This document shows, one piece after another, positions 30,321-38,899 of a stretch of DNA of 52,047 nucleotides (positions are counted from its first letter, which is position 1; each line of letters opens with the position of its first letter). The position numbers and the translations under genes were made by a program. The DNA comes from Actinomycetota bacterium (GTDB lineage: Bacteria > Actinomycetota > Actinomycetes > Actinomycetales > Microbacteriaceae), in NCBI GenBank assembly GCA_947454495.1, contig CANGKD010000001.1:1-52047 (forward strand). The letters are read 5' to 3'. Below the pieces are notes generated by a model, which saw only the letters and a list, made by a program, of their open reading frames with translations, had not been told where the DNA came from and made no database searches.

Positions 30321-30992
30321 CTAGCGCGTCGCCAAACCGGGTAATCCGTTAGACAACGGTACGGGTCCCACCGGAACGGCTTGGGTCGGCGCGCCGATGC
30401 CGACAACGGACTCTGTTGCCGCGGGCGAGGTGGCGGGCGTCGCCCCCGCGGTGGTTTGGGCCGGTGCGCTCGTCACGAGCGGGACATCCGCCAGCAGAGA
30501 ATTGGGAACGAGAGAGCCACCGTCGGGAGCAACGAGGTTCACGAATCCGTCCCCAGACGTCGGAGCACCGAGAACGGCACCGTCGGAAAGCCGAAGATAG
30601 GCCGGGGTGTTGTTGGAAAGCATTCCTAACGCCTCTGCATTCAGTGCGAGGTGTTGCGGCGACGCCAGGCGATCAATATCTTGAGACATTTGTTGGTAAG
30701 AGCGATTGGCTTCTTTGTTCGCCGACTGCAAATGAGCAATTTCATATGCGCCACTTTCGAGAGCAACGCTCAGCAACATCTGTGCGACCATCACACCGAA
30801 CATCACGGCAGCCGTCACGATCGCGAAAAACGCGCGCGGTCTGCGACGATTTCGAGACGACGTGGCAACGGATGGGGTCACGGAACTTGACAGCCGCGAC
30901 GTCAATGACGATCGTGATTGCGGAGGCAAAACAGGTGTCAAGTGCCTCGATGACAAGGACGCCGGGCGTCGAATCGGCGCGTTCATGCTCAT
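30321..30992 (-). CDS. FtsL-like single-pass membrane protein of the dcw cluster
   Basis: Ser/Arg-rich cytoplasmic N-terminus, one TM (AFFAIVTAAVMFGVMVAQMLL), a short coiled segment (EIAHLQSANKEANRSYQQMSQDIDRL) and a low-complexity tail. Sits in the conserved slot between rsmH and ftsI; ATGA overlap with rsmH. Confidence 0.6.
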   Translation of the reverse strand: MSMNAPIRRPASLSSRHLTPVLPPQSRSSLTSRLSSSVTPSVATSSRNRRRPRAFFAIVTAAVMFGVMVAQMLLSVALESGAYEIAHLQSANKEANRSYQQMSQDIDRLASPQHLALNAEALGMLSNNTPAYLRLSDGAVLGAPTSGDGFVNLVAPDGGSLVPNSLLADVPLVTSAPAQTTAGATPATSPAATESVVGIGAPTQAVPVGPVPLSNGLPGLATR

Positions 30993-31942
30993 GCGGCAGC
31001 CCTCACACGTTCCACGGCACGAATGCGCACGGGCGTGGCGCGGGGATTTCGCTCTTTTTCCTCGTCGGTCGCCAATTCGGCTCCACGAGTTAAGAGCCGA
31101 AACGTGGGCGCGCTCGAAGCGAGCGAAACCGGCATTCCGACGGGCGTGGTGTCTGTCGTCACCGCGGCGAACTCAGCCTTGACAATGCGGTCTTCAAGCG
31201 ACTGATACGACATGACAACCATGCGCCCGCCCACGGCGGTCAATTCCAAGGCATCAGGAATCGCGCGATGCAAGACACTCAGTTCTTCGTTCACCTCGAC
31301 ACGAAGGGCCTGAAAAACCCGCTTTGCGGGGTGCCCCGCGTTCATCAATGCCGCCGGTGTCGCTTCTTGAAGAATGGCCACCAGTTGACCGCTTGAACTG
31401 ATGGGAGCAATCTCACGGGCTGCAACGATGGCGCGTGCGTAACGAGGGGCGAGTTTCTCATCGCCGTATCGACGAAATATTGAGATGAGTGAATCGACAT
31501 CGTACGTCGCCACAACATCTGCGGCCGTCATGCCGGCGCTCTGGTCCATGCGCATGTCGAGCGGGGCATCCTGTGCGTAGGCAAAACCACGGTCCGACCG
31601 ATCCAATTGCATAGATGACACTCCCAGGTCAAACAGGAAGCCGTTCACCGCGGAAAGGTTGAGGCTGGTCAATACCTCAGCAAGGTCATCGAAGACCGCG
31701 TGCACGAGGGCGCATCGCGCGTTAAACGGAGCAAGGCGTTCTCGCGCAATGTCGAGAGCCTGAGCGTCACGGTCAATGCCAACCAATCTCAGTTCATCGA
31801 ACGTGGAGAGAAAGGCTTCCGCGTGACCGCCGAGCCCCAGTGTCGCGTCGACGAGTACAGCACCAGGCGCGCTGACCGCCGGCGCAAGCAATTCCATGCA
31901 GCGTTCGAGCGAAACCGGAGTGTGGATTTTACGAATGTCCAT
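30989..31942 (-). CDS. rsmH: 16S rRNA (cytosine1402-N4)-methyltransferase
   Basis: HTPVSLERCMELL, DATLGLGGH, DLGVSSMQLD, SLEDRIVK. ATG 31942 was chosen because the longer ORF to 32137 would overlap mraZ. Confidence 0.93.
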   Translation of the reverse strand: MDIRKIHTPVSLERCMELLAPAVSAPGAVLVDATLGLGGHAEAFLSTFDELRLVGIDRDAQALDIARERLAPFNARCALVHAVFDDLAEVLTSLNLSAVNGFLFDLGVSSMQLDRSDRGFAYAQDAPLDMRMDQSAGMTAADVVATYDVDSLISIFRRYGDEKLAPRYARAIVAAREIAPISSSGQLVAILQEATPAALMNAGHPAKRVFQALRVEVNEELSVLHRAIPDALELTAVGGRMVVMSYQSLEDRIVKAEFAAVTTDTTPVGMPVSLASSAPTFRLLTRGAELATDEEKERNPRATPVRIRAVERVRAAA

Positions 31943-32046
31943 GTGAGGTCTGGCAGTAGCCGATGAGTTTCGATTCCCCTCCACCTCAGCCAGAGACCGG
32001 GGAAGGAGCTTCCGGATGGGGCTGGCGGGGAGTCGAAACCAAACGA

Positions 32047-32478
32047 CTAGAAGAGGCCAGGAATCACCTCCTCGTCGGTATCCGAGAAGGCACTTTCGTG
32101 CGCGGACAAATAGTCGTCCCACGTTTTTGCGTCCCAAATTTCGACACGATTCCCCGCACCAATCACGGCAAGATCGTGGGTCAAACCGGCGTAGTGCCGA
32201 AGATTCGCGGGAAGTGTGATTCGGTTCTGTTTGTCGGGGGTTTCGGCGCTGGCGCCCGAGAGGAATACGCGCAGAAAGTCACGAGCCACTTTGCTCGTCA
32301 CTGGAGCCTGGCGAATCTTGTCGTGAAGCGCCTCAAACTCTCGAGCCGTAAAGACATAGAGACAGTTCTCTTGGCCGCGGGTCACGACGATGCCGGACGC
32401 GAGTTCGTCGCGGAATTTCGCCGGCAATATGACGCGTCCCTTGTCATCGAGTTTGGGTGCGTGAGCTCCAAGAAACAT
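32047..32478 (-). CDS. mraZ: Division/cell wall cluster transcriptional regulator MraZ
   Basis: [23 protein letters not shown] and the second SpoVT-AbrB repeat ([13 protein letters not shown]). Confidence 0.96.
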   Translation of the reverse strand: MFLGAHAPKLDDKGRVILPAKFRDELASGIVVTRGQENCLYVFTAREFEALHDKIRQAPVTSKVARDFLRVFLSGASAETPDKQNRITLPANLRHYAGLTHDLAVIGAGNRVEIWDAKTWDDYLSAHESAFSDTDEEVIPGLF

Positions 32479-32508
32479 GGGCGCACCTCCCCTCTTACCG
32501 GCCAGTTC

Positions 32509-32543
32509 GTGGTGTTACTCCACTTTACTCCACTTTGCACCAC
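32509..32543 (-). promoter_or_regulatory. MraZ operator: three phased GTGGnG/AAAGTGG boxes plus one abutting inverted box
   Basis: The coding strand reads GTGGTGcaaaGTGGAGtaaaGTGGAG (32543->32518) with exact 10-nt phasing, 35-60 nt upstream of the mraZ ATG. An inverted GTGGTG lies on the plus strand at 32509-32514. Confidence 0.7.
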
Positions 32544-32613
32544 AAAACTCGTAATTGCGTATTTTTTTTCGCAAATAGGTGCAAAAACCGCCTTAAATAC
32601 GGGATTTTCAATG

Positions 32614-32629
32614 GTGGAGGAAAGTGGAG
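32614..32629 (+). promoter_or_regulatory. Distal pair of MraZ-type boxes in opposite orientation
   Basis: GTGGAGgaaaGTGGAG on the plus strand with 10-nt phasing, on the far side of the AT-rich stretch 32544-32612. Confidence 0.45.
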
Positions 32630-32689
32630 CAATCATCTGCCATACGGGCCAAATTTGGACCGACAAGGGAGCGCGCACCTCAACAAGTC

Positions 32690-32715
32690 AAAAAAAAGAC
32701 CGCCCCGAAGGGCGG
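32690..32715 (-). terminator. Intrinsic terminator of the DUF3040 gene
   Basis: The minus strand reads CCGCCCttcgGGGCGG (6-bp GC stem, tetraloop) followed by TCTTTTTTTT, 45 nt after the stop at 32760. Confidence 0.75.
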
Positions 32716-32759
32716 CCGTGGTATGGGACCGCTGACTAGCTAGCGGTCAAGGCGACTGG

Positions 32760-33125
32760 TTAGGAAGATTGACCTTCTTGGCGCTCATCCCACTTTTGCT
32801 GCATCCGATCCATGAACGTCGAACGCGCAGTTGACGCGGTCCGGGGCGACGATGGGGAGGACTCAGACTGACGTGCGGGTCGGCTCGCAATGAGGGCGCC
32901 CGCGAACGTGATGATGAAACCACCGACACCAATGATGATCACTTGCGACATGACTGCGCCGACCATGACTCCTACACCAACAACCGCGAGAACGATGCCC
33001 AGAGTGAGCGCACGGTAATTGGGTCGCAGTCCACCGGTACCCGTCGAAACAACGTCGGCCTCGCGTCCGTAAAGGTTGCGTTCCATTTCATCGAGCAGTC
33101 GCTGCTCGTGTTCGGAAAGTGGCAT
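32760..33125 (-). CDS. DUF3040 domain-containing membrane protein
   Basis: MPLSEHEQRLLDEMERNLY followed by two TM segments, the typical actinobacterial DUF3040. Confidence 0.85.
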   Translation of the reverse strand: MPLSEHEQRLLDEMERNLYGREADVVSTGTGGLRPNYRALTLGIVLAVVGVGVMVGAVMSQVIIIGVGGFIITFAGALIASRPARQSESSPSSPRTASTARSTFMDRMQQKWDERQEGQSS

Positions 33126-33205
33126 GGTGTCCCCTCGTTCCCTGTTGATGAAATTTGACGTCCTAGAAAGAGTGTAACCCCGGCCGTCGCGGATAGGCTA
33201 GGCGA

Positions 33206-34282
33206 GTGCCAGAACGTGAGCAGTGGGTGTCCCATGTCAACACGCGACTTCAAGAATTTCTCGAAGCGCGCGCTCAAGACATGTTCGCACTCGGTCACGA
33301 TGTCACGAGTTTTGACACCTTCGCGCGTAAGTTTCTGACGGGTGGTAAGCGGTTCCGTGCACTGTGCGCGCTCCATGGGTTCAAGATTCGCGGTGCCGAC
33401 CTCTCCAAAAACGCGATTGATATTGCGGCCGCCCTCGAGGTGTTTCACGCCGCAGCCCTCGTGCACGACGACATCATGGACAGCTCGGATACGCGTCGCG
33501 GAAACCCCTCTGCGCATCGAGCATTCGAACGACTTCACGCAGACTCTGGATGGGCGGGTGACGGCGCATCCTTTGGCGTCAATTCTGCTCTGCTGTTCGG
33601 TGACCTGCTCCTTGCCTACTGTGACGAGTTGATCGCGCACGCGTTGACCGATGTGGACCGCACCACGCGGGAACGGACTCGTGCCGAGTTTGATCGCATG
33701 CGTCGCGAGGTGACGCTTGGTCAATACCTCGATGTTGTAGAAGAACGCGCCTGGCCAATCGTTTCCGTCGACGAGGCGCTTGACCGGGCTGGGCGCGTCG
33801 TTGTCTACAAGTCGGCAAAATATTCCATCGAAGCTCCTCTCGTCATTGGTGCCGCTCTCGCGGGCGCCAGCGATGACGAACTAGATGCACTTCGATCTTT
33901 TGGGCTTCCACTCGGATTCGCCTTCCAACTGCGTGACGACATGCTCGGTGTTTTTGGCGACCCCGACGTGACGGGTAAACCGGCCGGTGATGACATCCGT
34001 GAAGGAAAGCGAACCGTGCTCATCGCTCTGGCGATGGAACGCTTGGGTCCGTCCGAAGTGACCGAGTTGAATCACTTGTTGGGCGACCGGTCATTGTCGC
34101 AAGAACAGATTTCCTCGGTGCGTTCAACGCTCGTCGAATGCGGCGCCCACGACGAGGTGGAACTCCTTATATCGAACTATGTGACCCAGGCGCTCCACGC
34201 CCTAGATGAGTCAGCTTTTGAACAGCAGACATCCGATGCCCTTCGCGAATTGGCTTTGGGAGTCACCAATCGCGTTTCTTAG
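33206..34282 (+). CDS. Polyprenyl (geranylgeranyl-type) diphosphate synthase
   Basis: Two Asp-rich motifs, LVHDDIMDSSDTRRG and FQLRDDMLGVFGD. Sits in the IdsA2 (Rv2173) position. Confidence 0.9.
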   Translation: MPEREQWVSHVNTRLQEFLEARAQDMFALGHDVTSFDTFARKFLTGGKRFRALCALHGFKIRGADLSKNAIDIAAALEVFHAAALVHDDIMDSSDTRRGNPSAHRAFERLHADSGWAGDGASFGVNSALLFGDLLLAYCDELIAHALTDVDRTTRERTRAEFDRMRREVTLGQYLDVVEERAWPIVSVDEALDRAGRVVVYKSAKYSIEAPLVIGAALAGASDDELDALRSFGLPLGFAFQLRDDMLGVFGDPDVTGKPAGDDIREGKRTVLIALAMERLGPSEVTELNHLLGDRSLSQEQISSVRSTLVECGAHDEVELLISNYVTQALHALDESAFEQQTSDALRELALGVTNRVS

Positions 34283-34318
34283 CTGTCTCAGTCGCGACTG
34301 TGTTGGCGACGCAAGACG

Positions 34319-34672
34319 TTAGGCAAGCGTCATGGCCACGCGACGAACTTCGGCCTTTCGACCTGCCCGCAACGCCTCAATCGGAGCCACGCCAAGAGTG
34401 TCGTCGTTTTCGAGAAGCCACGAAACGATCTCCTCGTCGGTGAAGTGGAGGTCGCTCAAAACAATCACAGTGCCGTGTAACTCAGTAAGGGGGTGACCAT
34501 CCCGAATGAAAATCGCCGGGACGCACAACGGGCCACCGTCGCGACGAATTCCGACGAGGTGTCGCTCTTCCAACAAACGGCGAACTTTGCTTTGAGAAAC
34601 GCCGAGCGCGTCAACAAGGTCAGGCACGGTCAGCCACTCGACACCGGCAGAGGGAACACTTGTCACAGGCAC
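34319..34672 (-). CDS. Rv2175c-family DNA-binding protein
   Basis: wHTH (LTVPDLVDALGVSQSKVRRLLEERHLVGIR) plus the Rv2175c C-terminal domain. Divergent from the kinase locus, as in M. tuberculosis. Confidence 0.85.
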   Translation of the reverse strand: MPVTSVPSAGVEWLTVPDLVDALGVSQSKVRRLLEERHLVGIRRDGGPLCVPAIFIRDGHPLTELHGTVIVLSDLHFTDEEIVSWLLENDDTLGVAPIEALRAGRKAEVRRVAMTLA

Positions 34673-34815
34673 GAGTTTGCCACGACAACGCCGTCCTGCA
34701 AAACGCCGAGCATAATGACGGACTCACACCGATTCACTGGGGATACTCAACACAGGCGATTCGTATCTACCTGAGACACTGCAGTCCGGTCGTGAAAATA
34801 CAAGGGAGGTGACAC

Positions 34816-35457
34816 ATGGTCGAACAACACTTTCGATCAACCCACAGTGCCGCTACTCCCATTGTTCGGGACTCGGTGCGTGCGCCTCGAGGCGTCTCGT
34901 CGCTTTTTCGAAAGGCACGAACACGTACGTCGCTTGCCGTTGCTGCGACGTTTGCTTTGGTATTCGGAAGTAGCGCTCTCCCCAACTCCCCCGCGCACGC
35001 ATCCGACGATCCTCGCGAGACACCCCAGCCCGGGTTCGGCGGTTCGCGCCCAGTTGCCACTCCAAATCCGGCAAAGCCGGGCGAGGTACGCCCGCGCACG
35101 CACACCGTAGTCGCCGGCGACACGCTCTCGGCGATTGCGGGGCGCTATGGGGTTTCCACCGCCGGGCTCTTGACCGCCAACGGGTTGAGCTGGAAAACCA
35201 TGATCTTTGCCGGCCAGGTGTTGCACATCCCTCAATTTTCTTCGGACCCATACGACCGGAGCGAACCTGAGGTAATCGCGCGATACCGTGTCGCAGCCGG
35301 TGATTCTCTGGCCAGCATTGCAAGTCTTTATGGCGTGCAGCCGGTTGCCCTCATGACCGCAAACGGACTCGGCCCACAAAGCCGGCTCGTCGTGGGACAA
35401 CGGCTCGTGATTCCCAACGCCGAGGTCATGGGCGATCTTCCCGCGCCGGGTATTTAG
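34816..35457 (+). CDS. Secreted protein with two LysM domains and no catalytic domain
   Basis: Signal peptide (...ALPNSPAHA), a Pro-rich linker and two LysM repeats (HTVVAGDTLSAIAGRYGV..., YRVAAGDSLASIASLYGV...). AAGGGAGG lies 6 nt upstream of the ATG. Confidence 0.85.
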   Translation: MVEQHFRSTHSAATPIVRDSVRAPRGVSSLFRKARTRTSLAVAATFALVFGSSALPNSPAHASDDPRETPQPGFGGSRPVATPNPAKPGEVRPRTHTVVAGDTLSAIAGRYGVSTAGLLTANGLSWKTMIFAGQVLHIPQFSSDPYDRSEPEVIARYRVAAGDSLASIASLYGVQPVALMTANGLGPQSRLVVGQRLVIPNAEVMGDLPAPGI

Positions 35458-35528
35458 TCCCCTCGTTGGCCGCCGTGTACGTGTTTCGTTGACCTGACGC
35501 GGGGCCTGCTTTGCCTAGACTTCTTGGC

Positions 35529-37421
35529 ATGAGTGCTGCGCCCGGAGATGTCATCATTGGGCGCCTCATCGACGGCCGATATCAGGTCACACAGCGCATC
35601 GCCCGCGGAGGCATGGCAACCGTCTATCTGGCGACCGACCTTCGACTGGAGCGTCGCGTGGCGGTCAAGGTGATGCACAGTCACCTCGCCGATGACTCGG
35701 CATTCAGTGCGCGCTTCATTCAGGAGGCACGGTCGGCGGCTCGCCTCGCTCATCCCAATGTGGTGAGTGTTTTTGATCAGGGTCAAGACAGCGACATGGC
35801 GTATTTGATCATGGAGTATCTGCCAGGCATCACGCTGCGAGACTTGCTGAAGGACTACGGCAAACTCACGGCCGAACAAACCGTCGATATCATGGATGCG
35901 GTACTTCGCGGCCTCACTGCGGCGCACGAGTCTGGCATCATCCACCGCGATCTCAAGCCTGAAAATGTACTACTCGCCGACGACGGACGAATCAAAATCG
36001 GCGACTTCGGTCTCGCCCGAGCGACGAGCGCAAACACGGCATCGGGACAAGCTCTGCTCGGCACGATTGCGTACCTGAGCCCTGAGCTCTTGACCCGAGG
36101 AACGGCTGATTCTCGAAGCGACATCTACGCCCTCGGGATCATGATGTACGAGATGTTGACGGGCGAGCAACCATTCACTGGTGACCAGCCGATGCAGGTT
36201 GCGTATCAGCACGCACACAATGACGTGCCGAAACCCTCACTCATCAATCCAAACGTTCCTCCTCAACTCGATGAAATTGTCTTGTGGGCCACGGCACGCT
36301 CTCCGCAGAAGCGTCCGGCAAGTGCATCCATTTTGCTGAACGCTTTGATTGAGGCCGAACAAACGCTCAAGAGACCGACAACCACCACGGGCATGACAAC
36401 GCAACAGACCGTCGTGATGCCGGCGGGAGAGGCACCAAGCACGGACTCAACGCGCATTCTGACGGGTTCAGTGCGGCAGATGAACGCCGAGACAGATATC
36501 GTTGCGCGGTTGCACACCTCGACAGAGTCACGCAAGCGACGAACGCTCTGGCTCGTCATTGCGACGGTGGCGCTGGCTCTGTTCGGTGGAGGTTCGGCGT
36601 GGTACTTCACTTCCGGGCCGGGTGCACTGGAGACCGTCCCCGCGGTGGCCGGCATGAATCCCGACGAGGCTCGGTCGACAATCGAGGCGGCTGGCTTCAC
36701 GGCCGTCAACGGTGAAATCAACTCATCCACCGTGCCAAAAGGACTTGTTGCCGCGACGGATCCGAAAGAGGGTGGTCTCGCGCAACGCGGATCGAAAATC
36801 ACCGTGCTTGTTTCCATCGGTCCGAAGATGCTTTCTGTGCCGACCTTTGCCGGTATGACCGAGGCCCAAGCCAGTACCGCGGCGACCGACGCGGGTTTCA
36901 CGGTGGCCACCTCGTCGTCGCTTTTTTCGTCTGATGTGGCGAAGGGACTCATCATTCGTGCAGTGGATGCGCAGGGCGCACCCCTGCCGGCTACCTACGC
37001 CGAGGGTGCCGCGATTACGTTCATCGTCTCGGAAGGTCCCGTTCCCGATGTGGTGGGAAAAACGGTGGATGAGGCGACGGCAGCCCTGCGCGCCGTCGAT
37101 CTGACGGTCGGGGCACGAAACGAAGAGTTCAGCGACACCGTCGAGGCCGGCAAGATTATTTCGGTGTCGATTCCCGATACTGGGGTCAAACCGGGTGACG
37201 TCATCGATGTTGTCGTGTCGAAAGGACCAGACCTCGTCGACGTTCCCAACCTGGTGGGATTGACCGTGGCGGACGCCCTCGCCAAGCTCACTGACTTGGG
37301 GTTTAGCGCCTCGACCAACACGCCCGAAGAGTACCGCGACCAATTGTTGGTCAGATCACAGTCCGTCGTCGGTCCGCAGAAACGCGGCACTGCGGTCGTT
37401 GTCTACAACCCGGCACCGTAA
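35529..37421 (+). CDS. Ser/Thr protein kinase with four extracellular PASTA domains (PknL/PknB-type)
   Basis: Hanks kinase motifs (VAVKVM, HRDLKPEN, DFGLA), one TM and four PASTA repeats. The ORF opens at TTG 35511; ATG 35529 gives the usual N-terminal length. Confidence 0.93.
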   Translation: MSAAPGDVIIGRLIDGRYQVTQRIARGGMATVYLATDLRLERRVAVKVMHSHLADDSAFSARFIQEARSAARLAHPNVVSVFDQGQDSDMAYLIMEYLPGITLRDLLKDYGKLTAEQTVDIMDAVLRGLTAAHESGIIHRDLKPENVLLADDGRIKIGDFGLARATSANTASGQALLGTIAYLSPELLTRGTADSRSDIYALGIMMYEMLTGEQPFTGDQPMQVAYQHAHNDVPKPSLINPNVPPQLDEIVLWATARSPQKRPASASILLNALIEAEQTLKRPTTTTGMTTQQTVVMPAGEAPSTDSTRILTGSVRQMNAETDIVARLHTSTESRKRRTLWLVIATVALALFGGGSAWYFTSGPGALETVPAVAGMNPDEARSTIEAAGFTAVNGEINSSTVPKGLVAATDPKEGGLAQRGSKITVLVSIGPKMLSVPTFAGMTEAQASTAATDAGFTVATSSSLFSSDVAKGLIIRAVDAQGAPLPATYAEGAAITFIVSEGPVPDVVGKTVDEATAALRAVDLTVGARNEEFSDTVEAGKIISVSIPDTGVKPGDVIDVVVSKGPDLVDVPNLVGLTVADALAKLTDLGFSASTNTPEEYRDQLLVRSQSVVGPQKRGTAVVVYNPAP

Positions 37422-37445
37422 CGCACGGTCGACAGGCGCGCGTCG

Positions 37446-38825
37446 CTACCGCCGTTTGAGCTCTTCTGCGACCAGAAACGCGAGCTCGAGGGACTGACTG
37501 TGGTTGAGGCGAGGGTCACAGAGTGACTCGTAGCGAGTTGCCAGCGATTCTTCGTCAATCATCTCGGAACCGCCGAGGCACTCAGTGACATCGTCACCGG
37601 TGAGCTCAACATGCATCCCGCCGGGATACGTGCCCACCGATCGATGCGCTTCAAAGAAGCCTTGCACTTCATCCAGCACGTCATCGAAACGACGAGTCTT
37701 GTAACCGGTCGGCGTTGTCATGCCGTTGCCGTGCATGGGGTCGGTGATCCAAAGAGGATTCGCGTCGCTCGCCTTGACCGCTTCAAGCAGGGGTGGCAGC
37801 GCATCCCGAATTTTGCCCGCACCCATTCGCGTGATCAGAGTCAAACGACCCGGTTCGCGGTGGGGGTCGAGCTTGTCGATGAGCGCGAGTACGTCGGCGG
37901 GCGACGTCGTAGGCCCCAACTTGACGCCAATCGGATTCCGAACGCGAGACAGGAAGTCGACATGCGCACCGTCAAGCTCACGCGTGCGCTCTCCGATCCA
38001 CACGAAGTGGGCGGAGGTGTTGTAGGGGGTGCCCGTGCGCGAGTCGATGCGCGTCATTGGGCGCTCGTAGTCCATGAGCAAAGCTTCGTGACTCACGAAG
38101 AATTCGGTGCGCTTGAGCGCCTCGAAATCGGCACCGCAGGCGGTCATAAAGTTGATGGCCCGGTCAATCTCACGGGCGAGCTGATCGTAACGCGCGTTCG
38201 CCGGGTTCGAGGTAAACCCCTTGTTCCAGTTGTGAACCTCACGCAAATCAGCGAAGCCGCCCTGCGTGAAAGCGCGAATGAGATTCAAGGTCGAGGCCGA
38301 CGTGTGGTACCCCTGCACCATGCGAGCGGGATCAGCTAGTCGTGATTCAGGGGTGAAGTCATATCCGTTGACAATGTCGCCGCGGTAGGCGGGCAACGTG
38401 ATATCTCCGCGTGTCTCGGTGTCACTTGACCGAGGCTTCGCAAATTGCCCAGCCATTCGGCCCATCTTGATTACCGGTAACTCGGCCGCATACGTCAGCA
38501 CCACGGCCATTTGAAGCAAGGTCTTGACTCGATTGCGAATCTGGTCGGCCGTTGCACCCGCAAAAGTTTCTGCGCAGTCTCCGCCCTGCAGCAGGAATGC
38601 TTGACCGCTGGCAGCGACCGCCAGTCGATCACGGAGGGTATCAACCTCACCCGCGAAAACGAGCGGAGGGAAAGACGCAAGTTTGGTCGAGGCTTCGATC
38701 ACGGCGCCTGCGTCGAGCCACGGCGGCTGTTGCTTGATCGGCAGCGCGCGCCAGGCATCCAGTCCGTCAATCACACTCTGCGACGCAGCAACTACAGCTT
38801 CATTTGTCAATGACACAGACGTCAC
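37446..38825 (-). CDS. aroG: Class II 3-deoxy-7-phosphoheptulonate (DAHP) synthase
   Basis: 459 aa with full-length similarity to the Rv2178c type (GGDCAE, RMAGQFAKPRS, ITDPMHGN). Confidence 0.95.
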   Translation of the reverse strand: MTSVSLTNEAVVAASQSVIDGLDAWRALPIKQQPPWLDAGAVIEASTKLASFPPLVFAGEVDTLRDRLAVAASGQAFLLQGGDCAETFAGATADQIRNRVKTLLQMAVVLTYAAELPVIKMGRMAGQFAKPRSSDTETRGDITLPAYRGDIVNGYDFTPESRLADPARMVQGYHTSASTLNLIRAFTQGGFADLREVHNWNKGFTSNPANARYDQLAREIDRAINFMTACGADFEALKRTEFFVSHEALLMDYERPMTRIDSRTGTPYNTSAHFVWIGERTRELDGAHVDFLSRVRNPIGVKLGPTTSPADVLALIDKLDPHREPGRLTLITRMGAGKIRDALPPLLEAVKASDANPLWITDPMHGNGMTTPTGYKTRRFDDVLDEVQGFFEAHRSVGTYPGGMHVELTGDDVTECLGGSEMIDEESLATRYESLCDPRLNHSQSLELAFLVAEELKRR

Positions 38826-38899
38826 TGCTCCTCAACTCAAGGCGAACACGGCAAAAATAAACCGGCCGAAAGACGTGCGACGATCCGGGCGATTAAAGC

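Noticed and set aside
31943-32137. 65-codon N-terminal extension of the rsmH ORF overlapping the 3' end of mraZ.
   Set aside because: The extension has no similarity to RsmH. Homologues begin near MDIRKIHTPV..., so ATG 31942 leaves a normal ~100-nt mraZ-rsmH spacer.
34673-34815. Possible cyclic-di-AMP (ydaO-type) riboswitch in the 143-nt leader of the LysM gene. Such riboswitches often precede actinobacterial cell-wall genes.
   Set aside because: The conserved ydaO core segments (ACGGGG, GGGGUGAAUC in the correct strand and context, CCGAACCCG, AGCUAACCUCG) are absent.
38826-38899. AGTTGAGG immediately upstream of aroG, as a further copy of the ftsZ/MerR leader element. Also a T-rich run after plsC, as a possible terminator.
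   Set aside because: Only the heptamer matches, and several copies are expected by chance in 52 kb. The GGTTAG and TTTCAG blocks are missing. I could find no convincing stem preceding the T-run.
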